39,830 bases of DNA from positions 1-39,830 of the forward strand of contig CALDQI010000531.1 in assembly GCA_937911635.1 (NCBI GenBank), given 5' to 3'. Positions 26,810 through 34,648 of the stretch are shown in pieces; the stretch's first letter is position 1; every line of letters starts with the position of its first letter. Below the pieces are notes generated by a model, which had not been told where the DNA came from, searched no databases, and worked only from the letters and a program-made list of their open reading frames with translations. Both the position numbers and the translations under genes were made by a program. This DNA is from an uncultured Pseudomonadota bacterium. GTDB taxonomy: Bacteria > Myxococcota_A > UBA796.

Positions 26810-27413
26810 GTGTTAAGACAACGCGACGATGATCTTCTTCACCCGAAATTGGATTCTCGCTATACCATCCGGATGGATCCAATGGTCCAGGTCGACCATT
26901 TCCATCTTCATCAATATATGCTCCAACCCAAAGCATCTGTTTATTCTTTGGCAAAAATATCTCAAACTCAGGTCCGGCTTCAACTGTTGTGCTGACCACA
27001 ACCGAAGGTCTTTTGCCTCCAATGTTGCGTTGATCACCATCAAAAATATCGATCCGAATCGATTTGTTGGTCGGATTGTTGGCTTCAATGGTTCCGGAAA
27101 TCGTAATAAACTCGCCATCTTTTGGATTTGGAGGTGGAGGCGGCACGGCTTCTTTGGGTTGTTCTTTTGGTGGCTCGACTGATGGAGGAGCCACTTTAGG
27201 CAACTGACCAATCGGAGACTTCGGAGCATCTTTCGGTGGAGCAATGGTTGGCATGGTTTGGTCTATTGCCTGTTTCTCGTCCCCCTTCTCAATAGGCTGT
27301 TCAGATAGTGTTGAAGTGGTAGTTTGAGATTGATCAGAATTTGCCTTCGCTAGAATAGGGTCTTCTCCACATCCAAACGTCAACAGTATTGTCATCAAAT
27401 AAGAAAACCGCAT
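26781..27413 (-). CDS. Proline-rich lipoprotein (210 aa)
   Basis: Leader MRFSYLMTILLTFGC, then a PPK/PKE-rich linker and a ~100-aa beta-rich C-terminal domain. Confidence 0.7.
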   Translation of the reverse strand: MRFSYLMTILLTFGCGEDPILAKANSDQSQTTTSTLSEQPIEKGDEKQAIDQTMPTIAPPKDAPKSPIGQLPKVAPPSVEPPKEQPKEAVPPPPPNPKDGEFITISGTIEANNPTNKSIRIDIFDGDQRNIGGKRPSVVVSTTVEAGPEFEIFLPKNKQMLWVGAYIDEDGNGRPGPLDPSGWYSENPISGEEDHRRVVLTLGIPNDAPP

Positions 27414-27514
27414 CTCAAAACCATCCTTTCTGCACCAAAATCAAGCAATTGTGTTAAAATGTCAATAAATGTCACTGCTTTAATTATTAAACCACTCTTA
27501 CCCAATTTAATGCG

Positions 27515-28072
27515 ATGTTGACTTCTTTGCTCAGAACATTTTTCCGGTCAGAAATCTCGATGATGGTTGCCAAGGTGTATATTCCTGTACTGTTCCCGTT
27601 GACGTTTCTCATCTGTCTTCTGGCTGTTGGGCTCGATCAGTGGTTTACTCTTCCCGGGTTGTTTCCAACCCCAACCAATTTTGTGATCGCTGGAATCACC
27701 TTTGTTAGTGGCGCCTTTTTATGGTTGTGGACCTATGAACAACTCAGTCGTTTGGGTGAAGGCTCTCCCTCTCCTACTGCTGGTCGAACGATGAAACTGG
27801 TCACCACAGGAATTTACGCATATTCTCGAAATCCTTCACTATTTGGTAAGCTACTTGGATTTTTGGCTGTTGGATTTGCACTCAACTCAATGGCATTTTG
27901 TTTCATATTGACCCCCCTATTGCTCACTGGATCTCTGATTGAAAAGGTCTGGCGACAAGAACCTCAGCTAGTCGAGATATTCGGGGATGATTATATTGAA
28001 TACCAAAAAAATGTCCCCCTATTTATTCCATGGACATACTTCTTCAAACGAAACAAGAGTTTAAAATCCTGA
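27515..28072 (+). CDS. Membrane methyltransferase of the isoprenylcysteine carboxyl / phospholipid methyltransferase (ICMT/PEMT) family
   Basis: Four to five TM helices and the motif LVTTGIYAYSRNPSLFGKLLGFLAVGF ... E.QLVEIFGDDYIEYQKNVP. Confidence 0.8.
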   Translation: MLTSLLRTFFRSEISMMVAKVYIPVLFPLTFLICLLAVGLDQWFTLPGLFPTPTNFVIAGITFVSGAFLWLWTYEQLSRLGEGSPSPTAGRTMKLVTTGIYAYSRNPSLFGKLLGFLAVGFALNSMAFCFILTPLLLTGSLIEKVWRQEPQLVEIFGDDYIEYQKNVPLFIPWTYFFKRNKSLKS

Positions 28073-28141
28073 TTTCCTTTACACGCAAACACCCAATTTT
28101 ACGTTACAGTATCCTATAGACCAAAAACCAAAAGGTGCATT

Positions 28142-29593
28142 ATGGACATTACACTGATCAACCCTCCAGAGAAACTGCGAGTCTGGGCAGGTATTCCCAA
28201 AGCCCATGCTCACGGTGTTTACTGCTTTCCCCCTCTCGGTTTAATGACAGTTCAAGCAGCTATTGAAAAGCGGTCAAACTACATTGCTGAGATTGTTGAT
28301 CCTGTTGTTGATGACTTGGATTATCCAGAATTTGAAGCGATGCTGCGTAAATATCCTCTAGACTTGGTCGGTGTTTCAACATATACACACTCGCTACCAG
28401 ATGTTCAAATGACCATCAACTTGGTTCGAAAAATCAATCCAAATGCAAAAATAGTTCTCGGGGGACCACATTGTGCGATGTTCCCTGAATATGCCATGGC
28501 GCTCGATGGAATTGATGCCATCATCACTGGTGATGGTGAAGATGCCTTTTTGGAAATTGTTCAACGGTTTGACAAAGGGGAAGACTTTTCCGGAATTTTA
28601 GGGTTGTGGTGGAAAGACAGTACGGGCACTGTAGTCAAAAATCAAGCTCGGCCGTCTACGAAAGACATGACACAATACCCTTGGGCTGATCGGCGCCGAA
28701 CCAACTATGCCGGCTACTATTTGCCAGGGACAAAGCAGCCGATGGTGACCACTGCCATTACCTCTCGTGGTTGTCCGCACTCCTGCCCTTTCTGTCTTAC
28801 GTACAAAAAACAATATCGCATCCGCGCCATCGACAATATCCTCGATGAAATAGAAGACTGTATTTCCATTGGCATAACTGAAGTGCACTTTATCGACGAT
28901 CTGTTCAGTCCAAACTCTCAATGGGTTCTCAAATTCTGTGATGCGGTTGAACGTCGAGGACTGAAGTTCAATTGGGGATACAAAACCACCATTGCTGGAA
29001 CGACACGAGAACAACTGCGAAGATGTGCAGATACAGGATGTACGAAGATTCACTTTGGAGTTGAGTCTGCCAACAATGAAGGTCTAGACGCTTGGGGCAA
29101 GCACTGTGACACCGATGATGTTCACCGTGTATTTCAGTGGTGTAGAGAAGAGGGCGTACGTTCTGTCGCCTACATCATGCTAGCAGGACCACACGAACGG
29201 TCAATGAAAGAGGCGCTCAATAATTTGGATGAAATGTTGAAACTGGATGCAGAGTTCGCCGTTTTCGCGGTGTTCTCTCCATATCCAGGAACAGACAGTT
29301 TCGAAGAAGGAGCAGAAAAGGGACTGTATGCTGCAGACTGTTGGGACAGACTGATGAAAGAACCGCTGTGTGGAGTTGAAGTACCTGTTTGCTGGACAGA
29401 ACACCTCAACCAAGCTGAAATCCTAGATTTACTCAAGATTGCTCACCGAAAGTTCTACTTCCGTCCAAAGTTCATTGCACGACAGGTAATGAACCTCAAA
29501 ACTGGTGCTGAATTGAAACGTTTAACACAAGGTGCACTGTCGTTGGTGAAACTGGAATTACTGAAGGCCAACAGCCGTACCGCACCCGTATAA
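28142..29593 (+). CDS. Class B (B12-binding domain) radical SAM enzyme
   Basis: N-terminal Rossmann-like B12-binding region (LVGVSTYTHS...IVLGGPH). Cluster motif SRGCPHSCPFCLT. Weak SD (AAGGTG) upstream. Confidence 0.85.
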   Translation: MDITLINPPEKLRVWAGIPKAHAHGVYCFPPLGLMTVQAAIEKRSNYIAEIVDPVVDDLDYPEFEAMLRKYPLDLVGVSTYTHSLPDVQMTINLVRKINPNAKIVLGGPHCAMFPEYAMALDGIDAIITGDGEDAFLEIVQRFDKGEDFSGILGLWWKDSTGTVVKNQARPSTKDMTQYPWADRRRTNYAGYYLPGTKQPMVTTAITSRGCPHSCPFCLTYKKQYRIRAIDNILDEIEDCISIGITEVHFIDDLFSPNSQWVLKFCDAVERRGLKFNWGYKTTIAGTTREQLRRCADTGCTKIHFGVESANNEGLDAWGKHCDTDDVHRVFQWCREEGVRSVAYIMLAGPHERSMKEALNNLDEMLKLDAEFAVFAVFSPYPGTDSFEEGAEKGLYAADCWDRLMKEPLCGVEVPVCWTEHLNQAEILDLLKIAHRKFYFRPKFIARQVMNLKTGAELKRLTQGALSLVKLELLKANSRTAPV

Positions 29594-29608
29594 AAACCGT
29601 ATTGATCT

Positions 29609-29857
29609 ATGCTATTAATCGGGATGCTGTTCCTGTCTTTGTTGGTTAACGCCCAAAAATCCCCCTCTAATCTTGATCACATGGAACGTCTAAGCACAGA
29701 TATCAAAGAGCGGTCGGCAAGTCTTCAAAGACTCTTTCATACACCTACACAAGAAAGTATTCCCATGTTAGAGATCGAATCTTCTATGATGGAAATGGAA
29801 AATTTGGTTATGCAATTGGAAACCCATCTTTCCACTCTCCCCCCTCCTTCACTCTGA
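29609..29857 (+). CDS. Small secreted helical protein (82 aa)
   Basis: Signal peptide MLLIGMLFLSLLVNA/QK. Lies 15 nt after the radical SAM stop and 5 nt before the next gene. Confidence 0.5.
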   Translation: MLLIGMLFLSLLVNAQKSPSNLDHMERLSTDIKERSASLQRLFHTPTQESIPMLEIESSMMEMENLVMQLETHLSTLPPPSL

Positions 29858-29862
29858 GTCCG

Positions 29863-30372
29863 ATGTCTGCTGAAAAAGAAATGCGCCGGCTGCAACAACA
29901 GCTGCAAGATTATCAACAAGAAAATCAAAATTTACAACTTGAAGTCAAAAAATGGTCTCAATATTGTGCATACGTAGCGGGTGCTTCAATCGGAATCATC
30001 CTATTTCTACTCGTGTTTGCTTCTTCTGAACCTGAACCCGTTGAATGTCCAGAGTGTGAAGAGTGTTCTATTTGTGAGGAATGTGAGGTGTGTCCTGAAG
30101 CCATCGTCTGTCCTGAACCGATAGAATGTCCAGAGCCTAAGTCTAAGATTCAGCAACCGAAACAGAAGGCACAGATTGTTGCGCCGAAAAATGTGGACCC
30201 CACTACATTCCCACGTTCCTACACCATTCAAAAGGGCGACAACTTTTCTATCATCGCCCAAAAGATATACGGTCGTGCGTCGTGGGCTGCCTGGTTAGCC
30301 GAACAAAATGGCGTTGATCCCAGCAAACTGCAAATCGGTCAGGAGATTACCCTTCCCGTTCCGAAAAATTAA
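29863..30372 (+). CDS. Bitopic LysM protein with cytoplasmic coiled coil and Cys/Glu/Pro-rich periplasmic linker
   Basis: Coiled-coil N-terminus, one TM helix (YVAGASIGIILFLLVFA), the linker CPECEECSICEECEVCPEAIVCPEPIECPEP, then the LysM motif YTIQKGDNFSIIAQKIYG...IGQEITLP. Confidence 0.75.
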   Translation: MSAEKEMRRLQQQLQDYQQENQNLQLEVKKWSQYCAYVAGASIGIILFLLVFASSEPEPVECPECEECSICEECEVCPEAIVCPEPIECPEPKSKIQQPKQKAQIVAPKNVDPTTFPRSYTIQKGDNFSIIAQKIYGRASWAAWLAEQNGVDPSKLQIGQEITLPVPKN

Positions 30373-30377
30373 AGCCA

Positions 30378-31595
30378 TTATTTACCTGCGGCAATCTTTT
30401 TGTCGGCCTGTTGAGACCGTTCTTTTGAACCTTTCACCTTGTTGGTGTTCCACGCATTGTCATAGGATGTTTTGGCTTTACGATACTGCTTTTGTCGATA
30501 ATGAATGTGTCCTTTAAAATATTGACCGTAGCCTTTGTGATAGTCTGATAAATCAAAAGACAAATACGTATCAATGTGGGACTCGGCTTTGGGGTACTCT
30601 TTCATCCGCATGTATAAACGGGCCAAATAAAAATGAGAACGCTCATTCTTGGGAGACAACAACAACACGCGTTGAAAACTCTTCTCTGCCTTCTTGTATT
30701 GTTTCTGATACATCTGTACACGACCCAAAACTTGTAAGTTAATGACGTTGTTGGGGTAGGCATCTTGTAGATGCTGTGCTGTCATTAGAGCCGTTTTCAT
30801 CTTTCGCTCTTCGATCCATGTATACACAAGCGCATGAGAGGCCGCTGGACGCAAAAATACAGATTCTCGCTCTGCCAGTTGCATCATTTCAATCCCTTTT
30901 GCTCGCTCGTCTGTAAACAATGGTACTCCTGGTACATTTGAGGCAATCAATGATCGCCAGTAAAGCCATAAACCATCACCAAGCTGAGAATCGACAAAAA
31001 ACTGTGCTTTATTCTTGGCAATCTCGATGAACTTCATCGCTTCATACCCTTGATTGATGGCATCCAAAAAATCTTCTTTTCGAAGTTCATGAATCGCATC
31101 CACCCCAAGAATTGCGCCCATTAAAAAGTTTTCCCATGCATCATTTCCTGCTTGTACGGAAGCTCTCTGCAAATCTTGGACGGCAGTATCAAAGCTATTT
31201 TTATACTGCATTTCATATTTAAAATCAAAATTTTCAAGCATCAGAACTTGCCACATGAGTGCTCTACCCACCGGGGCTACTCCTGAGTCTGGATAATCCT
31301 GCTTCACCTTCTGCAATACGCCATGTAGACCTTTATAATCTCGAAGATACAGATGATTCATCACCTGCCAGCAAGACCAAACGAAGTCCACAGACATCTG
31401 TAACCATCGTGCACCATCGTAGATTCTCTTGGGATATTGACCGGTTTTGGCATCTTCATATTGAACCAGTTGTGTCTGTCCATCAGGCATATCTATCGAA
31501 CGAACTTTGCGACCAGAAACAGTGTCAGACAGTTCTACCTCTACTTTGGATTCATCTGCAAAGGCCAGCGTCAACCCCAACAACAACGACAACAT
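30378..31595 (-). CDS. Secreted TPR-repeat protein (405 aa)
   Basis: Signal peptide MLSLLLGLTLAFA. C-terminal TPR-like repeats (YKKAEKSFQRVLLLSPKNERSHFYLARLYMRMKEYPKAESH). Confidence 0.7.
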   Translation of the reverse strand: MLSLLLGLTLAFADESKVEVELSDTVSGRKVRSIDMPDGQTQLVQYEDAKTGQYPKRIYDGARWLQMSVDFVWSCWQVMNHLYLRDYKGLHGVLQKVKQDYPDSGVAPVGRALMWQVLMLENFDFKYEMQYKNSFDTAVQDLQRASVQAGNDAWENFLMGAILGVDAIHELRKEDFLDAINQGYEAMKFIEIAKNKAQFFVDSQLGDGLWLYWRSLIASNVPGVPLFTDERAKGIEMMQLAERESVFLRPAASHALVYTWIEERKMKTALMTAQHLQDAYPNNVINLQVLGRVQMYQKQYKKAEKSFQRVLLLSPKNERSHFYLARLYMRMKEYPKAESHIDTYLSFDLSDYHKGYGQYFKGHIHYRQKQYRKAKTSYDNAWNTNKVKGSKERSQQADKKIAAGK

Positions 31596-31604
31596 TTCTA
31601 GCTC

Positions 31605-32552
31605 CTACGTGCGCGAAACAAATAGTTTTTCAATTTGATCGGTGAGCAACACTTCCAACTGGACGTCCATCAATCGATTGATCTCTTGAATTCCTGTTGG
31701 ACTGGTTACATTGATCTCTGTCATTTTATCACCGATGGTGTCAATTCCAACAAAGAGCAAATTGTGTTTTTGAAGTTCCGGTTCCAATTTGGCACAAATC
31801 TCCTGTTCTCTTGGAGTCAACTCACACACTTCAACCCGTGCACCAACGTGCATATTCCCTCGGTGGTCTCCTTTTTGAGGAATCCGAAGCATCTGACCAA
31901 CAGGTTTTCCAGCAATTAAAATTATCCGTTTGTCTCCATCTAGAATCTCCGGCAAATATTCTTGTACAAGAATGTATTGCTCTTCGTTCTCTGTCAAAAT
32001 CTCGAGCATAGAACTAAAATTTGGATCATCGTGTGCCGTCACCAATACGCCTCTGCCTCCATTTCCATCCCATGGTTTGATCACAACCTTTGAATACTGT
32101 TTTGCCCATGCTTTGGCCCTTGGTAGTTCTCGTGTAACGAGAGTAGCGGGAGAATATTCAGCAAAATGAAGCGCATACATCTTTTCGTTGAAATTTCGAA
32201 TGGCCCGGGGATCATTCAGAACTAAGGTGGAGTCTGGTACCAAGTCCAGCATGTATGTACTGAATATGTAATCCATATTGAACGGTGGATCTTTCCGCAT
32301 CCAAATGACATCAAACGATCCCAAATCAATATCTTGAGGCTCGGCCTCGTCGAAAAATGGTTCAGTATCTGTCACTTTTACGTACGTCGCTTTTGAATAA
32401 GAACGGCCCCCAATCGCAAATAGGTCTTTGGGAGTGCACCAATATGTAGGCCATCCCCTACGATTGGCTTCAAGCATCATCATATAGGTAGAATCGCCTT
32501 CCAACTGGAGTGATCTCAATGGATCCATGACATACAACGTTTTCATTTTCAC
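31605..32552 (-). CDS. gshB: Glutathione synthetase (ATP-grasp)
   Basis: MDP...L....DST..MM.EA..RG, RKDPPF..DYI..TY.L, and KPWDGNGGRGV, typical of prokaryotic GshB. Confidence 0.88.
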   Translation of the reverse strand: MKMKTLYVMDPLRSLQLEGDSTYMMMLEANRRGWPTYWCTPKDLFAIGGRSYSKATYVKVTDTEPFFDEAEPQDIDLGSFDVIWMRKDPPFNMDYIFSTYMLDLVPDSTLVLNDPRAIRNFNEKMYALHFAEYSPATLVTRELPRAKAWAKQYSKVVIKPWDGNGGRGVLVTAHDDPNFSSMLEILTENEEQYILVQEYLPEILDGDKRIILIAGKPVGQMLRIPQKGDHRGNMHVGARVEVCELTPREQEICAKLEPELQKHNLLFVGIDTIGDKMTEINVTSPTGIQEINRLMDVQLEVLLTDQIEKLFVSRT

Positions 32553-32566
32553 CTCTTAATTTATAC

Positions 32567-33892
32567 TTATTTTCCAATGCAAAATTTGGAAAACAGCTGA
32601 TCCAGTACTGCCTCTCTTGCATCATCACCACGCAAATCAGCCAGTGCTTCAAGCGCCAATGTGATTTCTTCAGTTGCAACGGCCGGACCCAAAAAACCAT
32701 TCAAAGCAGATGCCGACATGTCGATGTGATCAGCAATCACTTGGAATAAAGATTGCTGACGTTGACTCAGAGATACATATTTGTTTTCAGATGTTTTATT
32801 AATCCCTAACACTGTTCGTATCTTTAAAAAAAGTTCTTTCAACCCTTTTTTAGACTTGTTTGAAACCCTACAATCAGATTGAAGATTCAAGCTTGTTTTT
32901 ACATCAATATGGGTCAAAATAAGCAGCGATGGTACATGAGAGATTTCCTTTTGTAAATCCATAATCACCCCCAATTCTTCATTTGCAGGATGAACCAGTA
33001 GACATAAATCTGCTTCCTTCGCAATTTCAATACCCATCTGAATTCCAGTATTTTCGATTGGATCTGTACTATCAAACCTTGCACCTGCAGTATCAAAGAA
33101 GCAAATCTCCATTCCATCTATCAGAACCCGTCGCTCCACAATATCTCTTGTTGTTCCAGGACGATCACTCACGATAGCTCTGTTACTACCCACCAAGTGA
33201 TTGAACAAAGAAGATTTCCCAGCATTGACGGGACCCAAGATGGCTACCTTTGCTCCATTTAGACGGATTCGGTTCTGCTGATACGATTGAGCCGTCAATC
33301 GAGCATTTTGTGCTATCTGATGCAATGCCTCAACGATCTGTTCATCAGACTCAAAGGATAAATCTTCCTGTGGATAATCCATTTTGGCTTCTAGTTCAGC
33401 AGCAATATTGAGTAACGTCCTACGAAGTTTACTCTCATTGTCGTCTACGATACCTCGCAATCCTTGTTGAGCAATGTCTACTCCTTCTAGGGATCCAGCA
33501 TGAATCACTTCATTCAATGCTTCAGCCTTTAGCATGCTCATTTTGCCATTGAGAACGGCCTGTCTTGTAAACTCCCCTGCTCTCGCAACCCTAGCACCAT
33601 ATTCTATTGCAAGATTGATTATCGCATCGACAATCAAAGGATTGCCGTGACAAGAAAACTCCACAGTATTCTCTCCTGTAAAGGACTGTGGAGCTTTAAA
33701 TGTGGTCACTACGACTTGATCAAGAACGGTGCCGTCCGTTTGACGAATGTACCCAACTGCGACGCGAGAATGCTCCCACTTATGAATAGTCGGAGCCATC
33801 TTCTGTGCAATTTCAATGGCTTGCTCTCCGCTCAAGCGGAGCATCGCGACCCCTGAGCGTCCAAATGGAGTTGTGGCAGCGATGATGGTAAT
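32567..33892 (-). CDS. mnmE: tRNA modification GTPase MnmE; probable non-canonical (ATT/ATC) start
   Basis: GPVNAGKSSLFNHL, DTAG, and C-terminal FCIGK. The conserved N-terminal motif ITIIAATTPFGRSGVAMLRLSG lies upstream of the first ATG (33842-33844). Only ATT/ATC codons occur between it and the in-frame jag stop at 33896-33898. Confidence 0.85.
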   Translation of the reverse strand: MTIIAATTPFGRSGVAMLRLSGEQAIEIAQKMAPTIHKWEHSRVAVGYIRQTDGTVLDQVVVTTFKAPQSFTGENTVEFSCHGNPLIVDAIINLAIEYGARVARAGEFTRQAVLNGKMSMLKAEALNEVIHAGSLEGVDIAQQGLRGIVDDNESKLRRTLLNIAAELEAKMDYPQEDLSFESDEQIVEALHQIAQNARLTAQSYQQNRIRLNGAKVAILGPVNAGKSSLFNHLVGSNRAIVSDRPGTTRDIVERRVLIDGMEICFFDTAGARFDSTDPIENTGIQMGIEIAKEADLCLLVHPANEELGVIMDLQKEISHVPSLLILTHIDVKTSLNLQSDCRVSNKSKKGLKELFLKIRTVLGINKTSENKYVSLSQRQQSLFQVIADHIDMSASALNGFLGPAVATEEITLALEALADLRGDDAREAVLDQLFSKFCIGK

Positions 33893-33895
33893 GGC

Positions 33896-34648
33896 TTAGT
33901 CCTCTGAGCTAGACGACGATGAAGACTCTTCCTCACTGTCTGCTTTAACCAATCGAATTTTTCGAGCCCCATTGTCATCAAAACTTTCAGAATTCACACC
34001 CGTAAACTCTTTGATGGTCATGTGAACCAGTCTGCGCTGATATCCGTTGAGTTCCTTTTCTATAATGAGTGGTTCACCACTGTCCAGCACACGACTTGCG
34101 AGCTTCTTAGCCAAACGTTTCAACCCTTCATCATCTCTTTTATTGTCACGACGATCTCCACGTTTTCTATCTCTGTCACGCCCGCGAGAATCATCTCTAT
34201 CTCTACGTCGCTCACGTTTTTCTCCACCATCCACATGAAGTGCATATGCCCATTCATATCCTTCTTTAGATGAATACTCATTCATCAATTTTTCAATGCT
34301 CTTGAGCGTTGCTCCGCGATGACCAATAATACGGCCACCTTCTTCAGATTTAATGGTAAAATGCAATGTATTGCCATTCTCACGTACAGATACTTCCGCT
34401 GTCAGACCCAATACTTCTATCGTGGTCGTTAGCCAGCCTTGCATTTCTTGGATCCCAGGCTTAAACACCTTCTTCCAGGCCGTTACTTCTACATCGCGTC
34501 TACCGATCTTTTGCCCATTTTCATTGAGAAACTGTTCTGAACCGATGTCGTAATCCAATTCTGCGACGTCCAAACCCAAATCTGTCGCTATTTGTGTGAG
34601 TGCTTCGAGCACCGTTTCTGCTGTTGCAGCTCTTTTTTCTACTGTCAT
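33896..34648 (-). CDS. jag: Jag/KhpB-type RNA-binding protein (Jag_N, KH, R3H) with Arg/Asp-rich insert and poly-Ser tail
   Basis: KH-like IIGHRGATLKSIE. R3H-like LNGYQRRLVHMTIKE. Position between yidC and mnmE. Confidence 0.85.
   Translation of the reverse strand: MTVEKRAATAETVLEALTQIATDLGLDVAELDYDIGSEQFLNENGQKIGRRDVEVTAWKKVFKPGIQEMQGWLTTTIEVLGLTAEVSVRENGNTLHFTIKSEEGGRIIGHRGATLKSIEKLMNEYSSKEGYEWAYALHVDGGEKRERRRDRDDSRGRDRDRKRGDRRDNKRDDEGLKRLAKKLASRVLDSGEPLIIEKELNGYQRRLVHMTIKEFTGVNSESFDDNGARKIRLVKADSEEESSSSSSSED

Noticed and set aside
26813-27244. 143-aa same-strand alternative-frame ORF inside the proline-rich lipoprotein gene; a similar case is 14033-14455 inside the propeller lipoprotein gene.
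   Set aside because: The annotated frames have signal peptides or lipoboxes and coherent domains. The alternative frames have none and are explained by repetitive or biased codons.
28073-28141. Cobalamin riboswitch upstream of the B12-binding radical SAM genes (also considered for 12290-12385).
   Set aside because: The spacers are only 69 and 96 nt, too short for a cobalamin riboswitch, and no conserved B12-box-like core is visible.
29609-30372. The 82-aa and 169-aa ORFs as one gene split by a frameshift or by TGA read-through.
   Set aside because: The ORFs are in different frames, and reading through the TGA gives unrelated sequence. The first has its own signal peptide and the second its own start and a coherent coiled-coil/TM/LysM layout.
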